Shown: positions 1 to 10,261, counted from the first letter of the stretch. The stretch: 24,000 bases of DNA from Gottschalkia purinilytica (GCF_001190785.1 NZ_LGSS01000004.1:244798-268797); one strand, 5' to 3'. Program-made: numbers and translations. The notes: a model not told the origin generated them from the sequence alone.

Positions 1-545
1 ATTTCGAATTCATAGTTACTTTCATCAAATATTACTGGTACCTTACTTCTTCCTAATCTTATATAAGCAGGACCAACATGCTCTGCTAATTTTAAAATAG
101 CTTTTTTAGCTTCAATTCCGTCAGCTGGGTTTATAACAACCATATTAGGTATTGTTCTCATTATACTTATATCTTCTAAAGCCTGATGCGATGCTCCGTC
201 TTCTCCAACAGTAAGTCCTGCATGAGTAGCAGCAACCTTTACATTTAGTTTTGGGTAAGCAACTGAATTTCTTATGATTTCAAAAGCTCTTCCAGTGGCA
301 AACATAGCAAAAGAACTAGCAAAAGGTATTTTTCCAGTAGTTGAAAGTCCTGCTGCTGTTCCTATTAAGTTTTGCTCCGCTATTCCCACATTTATAAATC
401 TTTCAGGAAATTCTTTTTGAAATTCTGCTGTCTTCGTTGATTTTGATAAGTCAGCATCTAGTACAACAACATTTTTATTTATTTTACCTAATTCTTTTAG
501 AGCTTCTCCATAAGCATCTCTTGTAGCCATAGCTTTTGCTGTCAT
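1..545 (-). CDS. Transketolase, C-terminal subunit (5' part only; the C-terminus runs off the left edge of the window)
   Basis: Reverse-strand translation from the ATG at 545..543 reads [22 protein letters not shown]..., the typical N-terminus of the C-terminal subunit of split transketolases. The ATG overlaps the TAA of the upstream subunit (TAATG). Confidence 0.88.
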   Translation of the reverse strand, partial: MTAKAMATRDAYGEALKELGKINKNVVVLDADLSKSTKTAEFQKEFPERFINVGIAEQNLIGTAAGLSTTGKIPFASSFAMFATGRAFEIIRNSVAYPKLNVKVAATHAGLTVGEDGASHQALEDISIMRTIPNMVVINPADGIEAKKAILKLAEHVGPAYIRLGRSKVPVIFDESNYEFE

Positions 546-1366
546 TAGATTTCACCCCCAAGCTCGTTAAGTGCCTGATTCGTTTGTTCATCATTTGGTG
601 CATTACCATGCCAACCTGCTTCATTTTCCATGAATGATACACCTTTTCCTTTAACTGTTTTAGCTATAATTATTGTAGGTTTTTCTTTTAAGTTTTTGCT
701 TTTTTCAATTGCCTTTATTATTTGTTTAAAATCATGTCCATCGATTTTTATAACATTCCATCCAAAGGCTTCAAATTTTTTATCTATTGGCTCTATATTC
801 ATTACTTCTTCATTATTTCCATCAATTTGAAGTCCATTATGATCTAAAAAAACTGTTAAGTTATCAAGTTTATAGTGAGCTGAAAACATAGCAGCTTCCC
901 AAATCATTCCTTCTTGAACTTCTCCATCTCCTAATAAAGCATAAACTCTATAACCTTTATTATCTATTTTTCCTGCTAATGCTATTCCATTGGCAGCTGA
1001 TAGTCCCTGTCCTAACGATCCTGTAGACATATCTACTCCAGGTGTTCCTTTCATATCAGGATGCCCTTGTAACATAGAATCTATCTTTCTAAGTTTCATT
1101 AATTCTTCTTTGGGAAAGTATCCCTTTTCCGCTAATGTAGCATATAACACGGGAGCTGCATGTCCTTTTGATAGAACAAATCTATCTCTATCTTCCCATT
1201 TTGGATTTTTAGGATCTATTTTCATTTCTTTAAAGTATAATGTTGTTAATATTTCACATGCAGATAATGATCCACCAGGATGACCTGATTTAGATTCATG
1301 AATCATATTTATTATATTCTTTCGTAACTTATTTGAAATTTCTTTAAGCTCACAATAATTATCCAT
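545..1366 (-). CDS. Transketolase, N-terminal (TPP-binding) subunit, 273 aa
   Basis: Motifs [23 protein letters not shown] and HNGLQIDG are typical of the transketolase thiamine-diphosphate domain. The gene is translationally coupled to the C-terminal subunit gene. Confidence 0.93.
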   Translation of the reverse strand: MDNYCELKEISNKLRKNIINMIHESKSGHPGGSLSACEILTTLYFKEMKIDPKNPKWEDRDRFVLSKGHAAPVLYATLAEKGYFPKEELMKLRKIDSMLQGHPDMKGTPGVDMSTGSLGQGLSAANGIALAGKIDNKGYRVYALLGDGEVQEGMIWEAAMFSAHYKLDNLTVFLDHNGLQIDGNNEEVMNIEPIDKKFEAFGWNVIKIDGHDFKQIIKAIEKSKNLKEKPTIIIAKTVKGKGVSFMENEAGWHGNAPNDEQTNQALNELGGEI

Positions 1367-1382
1367 TAGTGAAAAAAACCTC

Positions 1383-2264
1383 CTATTCTATTTTAAAGTC
1401 TTTAAATCCTTCTCCTAAGACTTCATTGATATCTGTAACTATTATAAATGCATTTGAATCTATAGAGTGAACAATTTTTTTGAGTTTGTATATTTGTGAT
1501 CTAGTAACTGCGCATAGAATTATATCTTTATCATTACCACTATAAAAACCTCTACCTTTTAGTACTGTTACTCCTCTTTCTAGTTCATTTAAAATCATAC
1601 TTCCCATCTTATCTGAGTTTTCTGAAATTATGAAAAACGCTTTACTATAGCTAAGCCCAGCTAACATTATATCAATTACCTTTATTGTAACATAAAGAGT
1701 TATAATTGAGTATAAAGGTATTTCTAAATTCATACTAACAAATCCTGACATTACTATAACTGTAAAATCTATCATCATCATAAAAGTCGATATATTAAAA
1801 TGTGGGAATTTTTTGTTCAACATTACACCCGCTAAATCAGTACCACCTGTGGTTCCTCCTGATCTAAATACTATCCCTGATCCTAGTCCCATTAAAGCAC
1901 CACCAAATATGGAAGCTAGTAAAAAATCATTGGTTGCATGTGTAGTAGGAATAATCCACATAAAAAAAGATAGCATTATAATTCCGTAAAAAGTTTTTAC
2001 GCCAAAAGCTTTTCCTACTATAAAAACTCCCGCTATAAATAAAGGAATATCTATTAATAGATTAGTAAGCCATATCTGTATTAAACCATTAGTAACTTTC
2101 GTTGTCATGATTCCTATTCCAGTTACTCCTCCAGGAGCAAATCCATTTGGTTCTATAAAACCCTTAATGGCAAAAGCCATAATAAAAGTTCCTATAGTGA
2201 TACCTATGTAATTAAGTATATTCTTATACCATGGAATATTTTTCAAAGCAATTCCTCCATGCAC
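1383..2264 (-). CDS. YitT-family integral membrane protein (with C-terminal DUF2179-like domain)
   Basis: Multi-TM N-terminal part with GG.TGG motifs, and a soluble C-terminal part (ISENSDKM...[11 protein letters not shown]...[14 protein letters not shown]) typical of YitT/DUF2179. The tracked start is a GTG. A TTG at 2246 preceded by GGAGGA (2253-2258, 6-nt spacer) is the more likely start. Confidence 0.82.
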   Translation of the reverse strand: MHGGIALKNIPWYKNILNYIGITIGTFIMAFAIKGFIEPNGFAPGGVTGIGIMTTKVTNGLIQIWLTNLLIDIPLFIAGVFIVGKAFGVKTFYGIIMLSFFMWIIPTTHATNDFLLASIFGGALMGLGSGIVFRSGGTTGGTDLAGVMLNKKFPHFNISTFMMMIDFTVIVMSGFVSMNLEIPLYSIITLYVTIKVIDIMLAGLSYSKAFFIISENSDKMGSMILNELERGVTVLKGRGFYSGNDKDIILCAVTRSQIYKLKKIVHSIDSNAFIIVTDINEVLGEGFKDFKIE

Positions 2265-2301
2265 AGTACATTTTTATTTTAATTTAGAAAATATTTATTC
2301 T

Positions 2302-3063
2302 CTATTCTACAACATTGTCTCTCGAAAAGAGTACAATAAGTATAAATAGGGGAAGTACTATTTGTCTTTTTATTCTTTTAGGCTCTTTTATCAATCTATA
2401 TAACCATTCTAATCCTAGTTTTTGGTATATTTCAGGAGCCCTTTTAACTTTCCCAGCTAATACATCAATAGTTCCACCGTTTCCTATTATAACTTTACAG
2501 TTTAAACTATCCTTATTTTCCTTTATCCATTTTTCTTGTTTAGGTGCTCCAAATCCTACAAATAGTATATCAGCACCTGAAGCATTTATTTCATTTATAA
2601 TTTTATTTTCTTCTTCATGTTTAATATGTCCAGTATGAGTTCCTTTAAAATACCCATTATGACATCCAGCAATTTTTATGTTAGGATATTTTTCTTTTAT
2701 TTTTAAAGCTGCCTCTTCCGAAACACCTTCTTTTCCTCCTAGTAGATACAAGCTATACCCTAATTCATTTGCTACTTCCAAAATTTTTACTGATAAATCA
2801 AATCCTGTAACTCTTTCTGGTAATGGTTTCTTTTTTATTCTAGAAGCATATACTAATCCTATACCATCTGGAACTACTAAATTTCCTTCATTTAATATAC
2901 TTTTTAGTTCTTGGTCTTTTCTAGTTTCCATGATTATCTCAGTATTAGGCGTATATACAACTTTGGTTTCATCTTCATTTAAAAATTCTTTTATTTTATT
3001 TGTGGCTTCATCTAATGTTATTTTATTTACGTCTACTCCTAATATCTTAATAATGTTATTCAT
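2302..3063 (-). CDS. tagA: WecB/TagA/CpsF-family (GT26) glycosyltransferase, TagA-like ManNAc transferase
   Basis: 253 aa with family-typical segments (ILGV.V...T..EA, VVPDGIGLV.AS, LLGGKEGV, FVGFGAPKQEKWI, GVGG-like NGGTIDVLAG..KRAP...GLEWLYRL). The start overlaps the csaB stop by 8 nt. Confidence 0.88.
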   Translation of the reverse strand: MNNIIKILGVDVNKITLDEATNKIKEFLNEDETKVVYTPNTEIIMETRKDQELKSILNEGNLVVPDGIGLVYASRIKKKPLPERVTGFDLSVKILEVANELGYSLYLLGGKEGVSEEAALKIKEKYPNIKIAGCHNGYFKGTHTGHIKHEEENKIINEINASGADILFVGFGAPKQEKWIKENKDSLNCKVIIGNGGTIDVLAGKVKRAPEIYQKLGLEWLYRLIKEPKRIKRQIVLPLFILIVLFSRDNVVE

Positions 3064-4174
3064 ATTTTTCTCTCCTAATCTTTAAAATGTCTAAAGCCAA
3101 CATTACATTATCAAGAGCTTTATCTTTTAAGTTTTCATTCAACTTATATAAGTTTTCTTTAATTACTTCTCTATTATTCCAAACTTTTTCTACTTTATCA
3201 CACAAATCTTCTAATTCTAGAGTATTTATATCACATCTATATTCAAGTTCTATTAGATCTAAAAATCCATCTATCTTAGGATCATATGTTATTCCTATCA
3301 TTGGAACTGATTGAGTAGCAGCATATATTAGAGAATGTAGTCTCATTGCTATTATAAACTCTAGTTTGCTTACTATTCCCATAATATCTTCAACACTATA
3401 GTTATTTTTGAGAACATAACAAGAGTTGTTTTTTGCCATCTTAGCAATATCATTACTTATTTTTAAATCTTCTGGATAGTGCATAGGTATAAATATGATA
3501 TTTGCATCATATTTATTCTTTATAAAATGAATAGTTTCTGCAACTATTCTCTTTAAATTTTCACTATTTTCCCAGTCTCTAATTGATATTCCGATTAACT
3601 TTTTATCTGTAGGAATTTTTTCAGATTCTAAAATATCATTTATCCTTTTATCTTCTGACGGTATTAATGTAAAAACAGGGTCTGATGTTACAAGACATTT
3701 CTTTTTTACGTTTAAATCTTCTAATGTCTTCTTTGAATTATAGTCTCTCAACGTTATTAAATCAACATTATTTAATATAACCCTGGTCAAGAACCTATTA
3801 ATTTTTTTATTTATAGGTCCTATTCCATTGGCATACACCATAACAGATTTTCGTAAAATTTTAGCAATGGCCATAACCGCTAGATAGTACAGTATAGATC
3901 TTGTACTTGTAACGTCTTGTAAAAGACTCCCTCCACCACTTATAAGTAAGTCTGCTTCATTTATAGCTTTTACCACTTTAAAAAAGTTTATCCTATTTAT
4001 AGCTTTAATTTTGTATATTTTTTCAGTAGCTTCAGGAGTCCCAGAAAGAACAGAAATTTCTATATTTTTATCTAACCTTTTTAAATCATTAACGATAGCT
4101 TTGAGTATAGCATCATCTCCACTATTGTTAAATCCATAGTATCCAGATATTAGTACTTTTCTTTTATTCTCCAT
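3056..4174 (-). CDS. csaB: Polysaccharide pyruvyl transferase CsaB
   Basis: 372 aa. The N-terminus VLISGYYGFNNSGDDAIL and the GGGSLLQDVTS motif are hallmarks of CsaB. AAGGAG RBS lies 8 nt upstream of the ATG. Confidence 0.9.
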   Translation of the reverse strand: MENKRKVLISGYYGFNNSGDDAILKAIVNDLKRLDKNIEISVLSGTPEATEKIYKIKAINRINFFKVVKAINEADLLISGGGSLLQDVTSTRSILYYLAVMAIAKILRKSVMVYANGIGPINKKINRFLTRVILNNVDLITLRDYNSKKTLEDLNVKKKCLVTSDPVFTLIPSEDKRINDILESEKIPTDKKLIGISIRDWENSENLKRIVAETIHFIKNKYDANIIFIPMHYPEDLKISNDIAKMAKNNSCYVLKNNYSVEDIMGIVSKLEFIIAMRLHSLIYAATQSVPMIGITYDPKIDGFLDLIELEYRCDINTLELEDLCDKVEKVWNNREVIKENLYKLNENLKDKALDNVMLALDILKIRREKYE

Positions 4175-4228
4175 AGAGATTACTCCTTCAAATGAGTTTT
4201 AAACTCTTTGTATTGTTGAACAAAATTA

Positions 4229-5560
4229 CTACTCTTCTATAGTTTCAACTTGTAGTTTATAATTTAAAAGTGCTATAGCGACTATCACCCAAAAAGTTAT
4301 TATTATTCTTCCGTTAAAAAACACATTCTCCACCAGTCCATGAGCTAAAAGTCCACACATACCACTAGCTACTCCTATAGCTAGTATTTTGAATTTTTTA
4401 TCTATTCCTTTTACATAACTTATAAAGCTTGCTCTAAAAGTATTAATTACTACTGCAATAAAAGATAAAAATCCAAAAATTCCTGTTTCAACTAATATTT
4501 GAAGATATATATTATGAGAATGCACTGCTATAATTCCTAGTCTCATATAATTTGGATATATAGCTCTAAATGCACCTATACCTATTCCTATCCCTGATAT
4601 AATATAATCCCTTATCATATCTATTGTTGCAAGCCACAGAGGGAATCTATACGAAGTAGAAGAATCTTTTACATTGGTTATAGTATTAATTCTTGTTAAT
4701 ATAACATCTGGTGATACTAAAATTAATCCTATTCCAGCTAAAAAATAAACTATAAAAAGCCTTCTATCTACGAAAAATGCAAATACAACTGCTGCAATTG
4801 CAATGCCTACCCATCCACCTCTTGAAAATGTAAGGAGAAGACATAAAAGTTGCACACCTACAGCTCCTAAGTAAAATAACTTTTTAAATCTATTTCTTTC
4901 ACCCCACAACATTGATACTCCCAGTGGTATTGTTAGTAAAAGATATTCAGCTAATACATTTGGATTTTCAAGTGTTGAGTATACTCTGGTTTTCAAATCT
5001 GGATTAAGCTGTTTGTCAACCCAGCTTTCATCTAAAGCTATCCCAACTTTATATTGATATAATCCATATAATGAAACGAGTAAAGACGCTAGAATTATTA
5101 GCATTATAAAACGCTTAAATGTTTTTTTATCTTCTATCAAATTTATTAGTAAAAATGGCATAGATATAGCAATTATATATATTAATAGTTGCTTGATACT
5201 TTCTTTAAATGCAAAAGATGATACTGTAGCAAATACTAAAGTTATTATGAAGAATATTATAGAGTACTTAAAAGGTAATTTTTTAAACTTTTTATTTGGA
5301 TTTATAATAAAATTTAATATGAAAGATCCCATCACTAATGCATATAATAGTGTGGTGTACTTTAGAGATACAAATGGTATAATAAATACCAGTAAAAATA
5401 GCCCTATTTGAGGGCTGACTAGAGTCAGTATTGTTCCTACAAGTCCACCAACTATCTTAATAGCCGTTGTCAAAGGAAATAAAAATAAAAGTACACCTAT
5501 AATAATTCCTGCAAGTACGCCAATAAATGGTGTATAATCTCTTTTTAATCTTAATTCCAT
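4229..5560 (-). CDS. O-antigen ligase / Wzy_C-family polytopic membrane protein
   Basis: More than 10 predicted TM segments. The central segment LTFSRGGWVGIAIAAV and the periplasmic-loop pattern are typical of Wzy_C. I place the start at the ATG at 5560 (MELRLKRDY...) because GAGGAG lies 7 nt upstream. The tracked start at 5587 would overlap the upstream gene and include the RBS. Confidence 0.85.
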   Translation of the reverse strand: MELRLKRDYTPFIGVLAGIIIGVLLFLFPLTTAIKIVGGLVGTILTLVSPQIGLFLLVFIIPFVSLKYTTLLYALVMGSFILNFIINPNKKFKKLPFKYSIIFFIITLVFATVSSFAFKESIKQLLIYIIAISMPFLLINLIEDKKTFKRFIMLIILASLLVSLYGLYQYKVGIALDESWVDKQLNPDLKTRVYSTLENPNVLAEYLLLTIPLGVSMLWGERNRFKKLFYLGAVGVQLLCLLLTFSRGGWVGIAIAAVVFAFFVDRRLFIVYFLAGIGLILVSPDVILTRINTITNVKDSSTSYRFPLWLATIDMIRDYIISGIGIGIGAFRAIYPNYMRLGIIAVHSHNIYLQILVETGIFGFLSFIAVVINTFRASFISYVKGIDKKFKILAIGVASGMCGLLAHGLVENVFFNGRIIITFWVIVAIALLNYKLQVETIEE

Positions 5561-5561
5561 A

Positions 5562-6116
5562 TTAACACTCCTCATTAGACTTTTCACTTAAAAGTCTGTT
5601 GATTATCTTTACAAAGCTACTATTTGACATCATATCTTTCAATTTTACATTACTAAATGCAATAATATATAGAATTACAGATATTATTATATAAATTATA
5701 GCTTTGTTTATAGTAAGTGAACCCGTGACAACCTTTAGTATTCCAAAAGTAATTAAAGTTGTTCCGCATGTAATACATATAAAAGATACTATACTACCTA
5801 GAATATTGTTATATGCATTTTTAGAAAAGTCTATTAACCTACTTTCCACAACTGATTTTTTAAAAATAGATCTTATAAAATCAAATATTCCATATATTAC
5901 TTTAGACAATAAGTTCAATATTTTTGTTATTAAACTTTTATCTTCTATGTCTTCCCTATATCTAAGTAACTTAGATACAATATAACTATTTAACATACTA
6001 TTTCCAACAAATGAAACAAATCTAGTTAAAATATTGTAAATAAAGCTACTTTTTAATATTCTTAAAAAGCTATCATATGATTTATTAAAATAATTTAAAA
6101 TAACACTATTTTTCAT
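5562..6116 (-). CDS. Hypothetical membrane protein, 184 aa (two C-terminal TM segments; no family recognised)
   Basis: Long ORF in operon register. AAGGA RBS lies 7 nt upstream of the ATG. Its stop is 1 nt from the ligase start. Hydrophobic stretches SIVSFICITCGTTLITFGILKVV and AIIYIIISVILYIIAF. Confidence 0.7.
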   Translation of the reverse strand: MKNSVILNYFNKSYDSFLRILKSSFIYNILTRFVSFVGNSMLNSYIVSKLLRYREDIEDKSLITKILNLLSKVIYGIFDFIRSIFKKSVVESRLIDFSKNAYNNILGSIVSFICITCGTTLITFGILKVVTGSLTINKAIIYIIISVILYIIAFSNVKLKDMMSNSSFVKIINRLLSEKSNEEC

Positions 6117-6128
6117 ATTATCATCCTT

Positions 6129-6623
6129 TTATATGTCTTGTCCTTTAATTACAAACACTGTAGAATCTAAAACATACAACTTAGTTTTTAAAAGTAATCT
6201 ATTTCCAACTCTTAATTCTTTATTGCCTGAAACTATTGAATTTTCATTAACTACTGCATTTGCATCAATATCTATATACAAATCATATCTTTCTGGTATT
6301 TCTGCCTTTTTTATTTCACCTTTACCTGTTTTAACTTCTTTGATTGCTGGTTTAACTTCTATATTTTTTATTTTACCGAAAACTATTCCTGTATCGTATT
6401 CTTTTACAACATCTCCAACTTTTATTTTATCTAGACTAAATTTTTCTCTTTCCTTAACATATAATCTAACATTCAATTCCTTCGTACCTAAGGAAGTATT
6501 TTGTTTGACTCCTTTGACTTTATATAAAGCCCCCACCCCTAAGACAACTATTAATAAAACTATAAATAAATCCAGTATATTAACTTTACCGAATAATTTT
6601 CCTTTTTTATCTATAATAGGCAT
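6129..6623 (-). CDS. DUF4330-family protein (N-terminal TM anchor plus beta-rich ectodomain), paralogue A
   Basis: The N-terminus ...GKVNILDLFIVLLIVVLGVGALY and the conserved IPERYDLYIDI segment fit DUF4330. AGGAGGG RBS lies 6 nt upstream. Confidence 0.78.
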   Translation of the reverse strand: MPIIDKKGKLFGKVNILDLFIVLLIVVLGVGALYKVKGVKQNTSLGTKELNVRLYVKEREKFSLDKIKVGDVVKEYDTGIVFGKIKNIEVKPAIKEVKTGKGEIKKAEIPERYDLYIDIDANAVVNENSIVSGNKELRVGNRLLLKTKLYVLDSTVFVIKGQDI

Positions 6624-6634
6624 ATTAGTCCCTC

Positions 6635-7111
6635 CTATTTGTTATTTGGAATTTTTATATCTGTAACTTTTGTCTCTATAGCTGTTATATTATCTTTTAA
6701 TCTAATCGTACCTTCATATCTTACTTCTCTTCCACCAAGTTTTACAAAATCATCTGTAACTTGTCCTTCCCCTTTTAATGTCAAATATATTGTATATCTA
6801 TCTGGCATTTTACTCTTTACGATTCTTCCATCACTAGTCTCTACAAAGTCATATGCTTCTTCAACTTTTTTATCAATAACTTCTCCAAAAATTTCATTGT
6901 TATCACTATCACTAAATATATTTCCTTTATTTATAACATCAACACTTTCTTTCTTTACTCCTTCAACTCTAACAGTTACTTCTACAGGAACTAAACTTAC
7001 ATTGTTTGTAACTGTCCCTTTCTTTTTTACAAAATAGAGTGATCCTGCTGCAACTACAGCTATCAAAATGAATATAATTCCAAAGTCAATCCAATTAAAT
7101 TTCTTTTTCAT
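6635..7111 (-). CDS. DUF4330-family protein, paralogue B
   Basis: Same architecture as paralogue A (NWIDFGIIFILIAVVAAGSLY ... MPDRYTIYLTL). Its TAG stop lies inside the RBS of paralogue A. AGGTGA RBS lies upstream. Confidence 0.78.
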   Translation of the reverse strand: MKKKFNWIDFGIIFILIAVVAAGSLYFVKKKGTVTNNVSLVPVEVTVRVEGVKKESVDVINKGNIFSDSDNNEIFGEVIDKKVEEAYDFVETSDGRIVKSKMPDRYTIYLTLKGEGQVTDDFVKLGGREVRYEGTIRLKDNITAIETKVTDIKIPNNK

Positions 7112-7127
7112 ACTACATTCACCTACC

Positions 7128-8246
7128 CTAACTATTTAAAATTTCATCATATATTTTAACATGATTTCTTGACATACTTTCTGATGAGTATTGATTGCAT
7201 ACTTTGCTGTACAGATTTTCTCCTTGTTCATGTATTAATTTATTATCATTTATAAGAATATTTAACTTTTCGGCAAAATCGTCATACTCTCCAGGTTCAA
7301 ATAAAAATCCTGTATATTCATCAGACACCAAGTCTTTTATACCTCCTACATTTGAGGAAACAATAGGCTTTTTAAGAAGAGCTCCTTCTAGTATAACATA
7401 TGGAAAGCTCTCACTATAAGAAGTTATTGTATTAATATCTATTGCATTTAAAAAGCTAAATTGTTCTTTTACAAATCCTAAAAAGTGTACATTCTTGCTT
7501 ATATTAAGACTTTGAGACATATTTTTTAAGTTTTCTTCTTCTTCTCCATCACCAGCTATAAAAAATTCTACATTATTATTTTTTTCAATAACTTTTTGTG
7601 CTCCTTTTAAAAATACATCTAGTCCTTTAACTGGATGTAATCTAGCTAGTATACCTACTTTTATGGATTCTTCTTTGAAACTGATATTATATTTATTAAA
7701 GAACTCTTTCGGATCTACAATATTCATTTTAATATTTGTATCTATCCCATTATATACAGTAAATATTTTATTTTTATTAAATCCTCTACTTATCATCATT
7801 TCTTTAAAGTTATTTGAAACACCTATATAGTAATCCATGCGTTTTAATGCAATATAGTTTAAGTTTTTATAAACTACACTTTTATAGAAATTACCTTTAA
7901 AATCTAGTATATAGTCACTATGTATAGTAGTAACAATAGGAGTTTTACAAAATATTTTTATTATTGCTCCTATAAAATTAGCCCTGGCACCATGACAATG
8001 TATTATATCATATTTTTCTTGTTTTATCTCTTTTACTAACCTCTTTATAATCGAAAAATCATATCTTTTTTTCTGTTCAAGAACATGTATATTAATTCCT
8101 TCATTTAATAACTGTTCGTAAAAATCACCTTTCATGAAGCATATTAGCTTTACATCTATATTTTTTTGTAGTTCTTTTAATAAATTTATGATATGTGTCC
8201 TTGCTCCACCTGTGTCTCCACCACTAATTAAATGTAATACTTTCAT
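7128..8246 (-). CDS. Glycosyltransferase family 4 (GT-B, RfaB-like)
   Basis: N-terminus MKVLHLISGGDTGGARTHI and the C-terminal E(x7)E-type region SYSESFPYVILEGALLKKPIVSSNVGGIKDLV. Confidence 0.88.
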   Translation of the reverse strand: MKVLHLISGGDTGGARTHIINLLKELQKNIDVKLICFMKGDFYEQLLNEGINIHVLEQKKRYDFSIIKRLVKEIKQEKYDIIHCHGARANFIGAIIKIFCKTPIVTTIHSDYILDFKGNFYKSVVYKNLNYIALKRMDYYIGVSNNFKEMMISRGFNKNKIFTVYNGIDTNIKMNIVDPKEFFNKYNISFKEESIKVGILARLHPVKGLDVFLKGAQKVIEKNNNVEFFIAGDGEEEENLKNMSQSLNISKNVHFLGFVKEQFSFLNAIDINTITSYSESFPYVILEGALLKKPIVSSNVGGIKDLVSDEYTGFLFEPGEYDDFAEKLNILINDNKLIHEQGENLYSKVCNQYSSESMSRNHVKIYDEILNS

Positions 8247-8311
8247 AAATATTATCCTACTCCACCAAAAGATAGGATCTACCCTCCTTTTTATTAAGGA
8301 CTTTTATTTAG

Positions 8312-9397
8312 TTAACTTATACTATTTTCGTAAAGTTCTACTGTTTTTTCTACCATATTAGTTATAGAAAACTTATCTATTACTAATTTCCTAGCATTCT
8401 TTTTCTTTTCCAAGTATTCATCTTTATTACTGTACAATTCTAATATACTATTTGCCAAAGCTTCTTTATCTCCATATTCAATCATAGCTCCACAGTTGCT
8501 TTGTTCAAATATTTCTGGAACACCTCCAACATTAGTAGCTATAGCTGGTATATTGCAAGACAATGCCTCAAGTATTGAAAATGATATAGCTTCATTTATA
8601 GATGGTGAAATATAAATATCACTAGCAGATAAAAGACTTGGTATATCTTCTCTATAACCAGTAAATATGATATTCTCCTCTAATTCTAACTCTTTTATCT
8701 TATTTTCTAAATTATTCTTTTCACTTCCATCTCCTACTAATAAACATTTAAATTGAATACCTTTATTTTTTAGTTCATAAAGTCCATCAATTAAAAAATC
8801 ATGTCCTTTAATCTTCTCAAATCTTGCAGCTGTAATTAAAAGTAATTCATCTTTATCTATATTAAATTCCTCTCTTATATTGTTTACAGCAATAGGTTTA
8901 AAATATTCTGTATCAACTCCATTGTATATGGTAGTAATTTTTTTAGAATTGATATTTTCATTTTCTAGTGATTTTTTTACCGCATTAGAGACTGATATTA
9001 TTCTATCAGCAAATTTAGCAAATACTTTATTAAGCTTATTAATTAAACCACTATACTCATATATAAAGTGGGTAGTCCAAACTACCCTCAACTTAGGATA
9101 AAATAACTTAGCTAAAACTGCAATGAAACTTTCTCTTAAAAAGTGAGCCTGTATTATATCTATTTTATTTTTTTTACAATATGAAGCTATCTTGTGGGCA
9201 GATTTTATATCATAAACACTATTCATAGGTATAATTTCTACCTCAACGTCAAGTTCTTCTAATTTCCTATGGTTATATCCTTTATGATCACATACTATAA
9301 AATATTTTACATTCTCTTTCGAGTTTTTTATTAAATTAATTAAATAAGTCTCAGCTCCACCTTTTTCCATGCTAAAAATAAGATGTAAAACATTCAC
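8312..9397 (-). CDS. Glycosyltransferase family 4 (GT-B)
   Basis: VLHLIFSMEKGGAETY N-terminus and SINEAISFSILEALSCNIPAIATNVGGVPEI C-terminal motif. GTG start with AGGAGA 9 nt upstream. Confidence 0.86.
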   Translation of the reverse strand: MNVLHLIFSMEKGGAETYLINLIKNSKENVKYFIVCDHKGYNHRKLEELDVEVEIIPMNSVYDIKSAHKIASYCKKNKIDIIQAHFLRESFIAVLAKLFYPKLRVVWTTHFIYEYSGLINKLNKVFAKFADRIISVSNAVKKSLENENINSKKITTIYNGVDTEYFKPIAVNNIREEFNIDKDELLLITAARFEKIKGHDFLIDGLYELKNKGIQFKCLLVGDGSEKNNLENKIKELELEENIIFTGYREDIPSLLSASDIYISPSINEAISFSILEALSCNIPAIATNVGGVPEIFEQSNCGAMIEYGDKEALANSILELYSNKDEYLEKKKNARKLVIDKFSITNMVEKTVELYENSIS

Positions 9398-9481
9398 TAT
9401 AAGTTTTCTCCTTTCAATGGTCGAATACGACTTTTATCACTAGTTATATCTAAAATTGATTTTTTATATTCATTCTTAAAG

Positions 9482-9510
9482 ATTATACCATAGTTTAATT
9501 TCTTTGTTTA
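9482..9510 (-). promoter_or_regulatory. Candidate sigma-A promoter of the glycosyltransferase/SCWP operon
   Basis: The minus strand reads TAAACA-N17-TGGTATAAT, a perfect extended -10 (TGnTATAAT) at 9482-9490 and a 4/6 -35 at 9505-9510. It sits ~85 nt upstream of the GT4 start. Confidence 0.55.
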
Positions 9511-9599
9511 TATTTACATTATAGTAAAGAGTATTTTTTATAAAAAATCACTTCTTAAGTATATATCTTATAAGTTGCAAATTAGTTTACAATTTAATT

Positions 9600-9644
9600 A
9601 AAAAAGACACTCTTTATGTTTACAAGTATAATATACATAAAAAG
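9600..9644 (-). terminator. Probable intrinsic terminator after the 157-aa ORF
   Basis: 10-bp stem with one mismatch (9610-9619 / 9635-9644) and a 15-nt loop. On the minus strand it is followed, after 4 nt, by TTTTTT. Confidence 0.45.
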
Positions 9645-9665
9645 TATCTCTATATAGTTATCTAT

Positions 9666-10139
9666 TTATTTTACTGTATATTTTCCTTTTACCATAAAGG
9701 TTCCATAAGTAACAACCTCTGCTCCTCTACCATCTCTAGGAATTATTAATAAGTGATTTTTTGATATAATTTCTCCAGCTTCTAAATCTTTTCCTTGTGT
9801 GATATCTGATATCCCACCATACTCTCCAATTATAGCCTTTACTGTTCCTGCTCTTAAAATTATTTCCGTTCCTGCATTTCCTATTAATTGTTCTCCAGCT
9901 TTAAGTTCTACTATTTTAAATGTCTCACCATTACCTGATGAAATTTCACTTATTTTATTATCTATGTATGTTTTAAGTTCATTTACTTTTGTTTGTACAT
10001 AACTGACAGTAGTAAGGGGATCTCCTTGAGTTCCTGGATCTGACTGACTTCCAAAAGTAATCTTATATATTCCCAAAGATAATATTAAAACCAAAGATAC
10101 TATCAAATAAGTTTTCTTTTTATTAATTCTTGATTTCAT
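9666..10139 (-). CDS. Hypothetical secreted or N-terminally anchored protein, 157 aa
   Basis: Strong RBS (AAGGAGGG). Basic N-terminus plus hydrophobic segment (KKKTYLIVSLVLILSLGIY), a short coiled segment, then a Gly-rich beta-type C-terminal domain. No family recognised by eye. Confidence 0.75.
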   Translation of the reverse strand: MKSRINKKKTYLIVSLVLILSLGIYKITFGSQSDPGTQGDPLTTVSYVQTKVNELKTYIDNKISEISSGNGETFKIVELKAGEQLIGNAGTEIILRAGTVKAIIGEYGGISDITQGKDLEAGEIISKNHLLIIPRDGRGAEVVTYGTFMVKGKYTVK

Positions 10140-10261
10140 GCTTGTCCCTCCTTAGACATAAGAATATAAAATATTTAATTTTGCATATATTTATATTATC
10201 ATAATTTAAGGCTTTATATAATATGATATTCGACTTTCATTTTAAATATCCTGTATGTAAA

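Noticed and set aside
9531-9551. Perfect A/T-only palindrome ATTTTTTATAAAAAAT upstream of the SCWP operon promoter.
   Set aside because: Pure A/T palindromes of this size arise easily in very AT-rich intergenic DNA. It has no GC stem for a terminator and no recognisable operator consensus.
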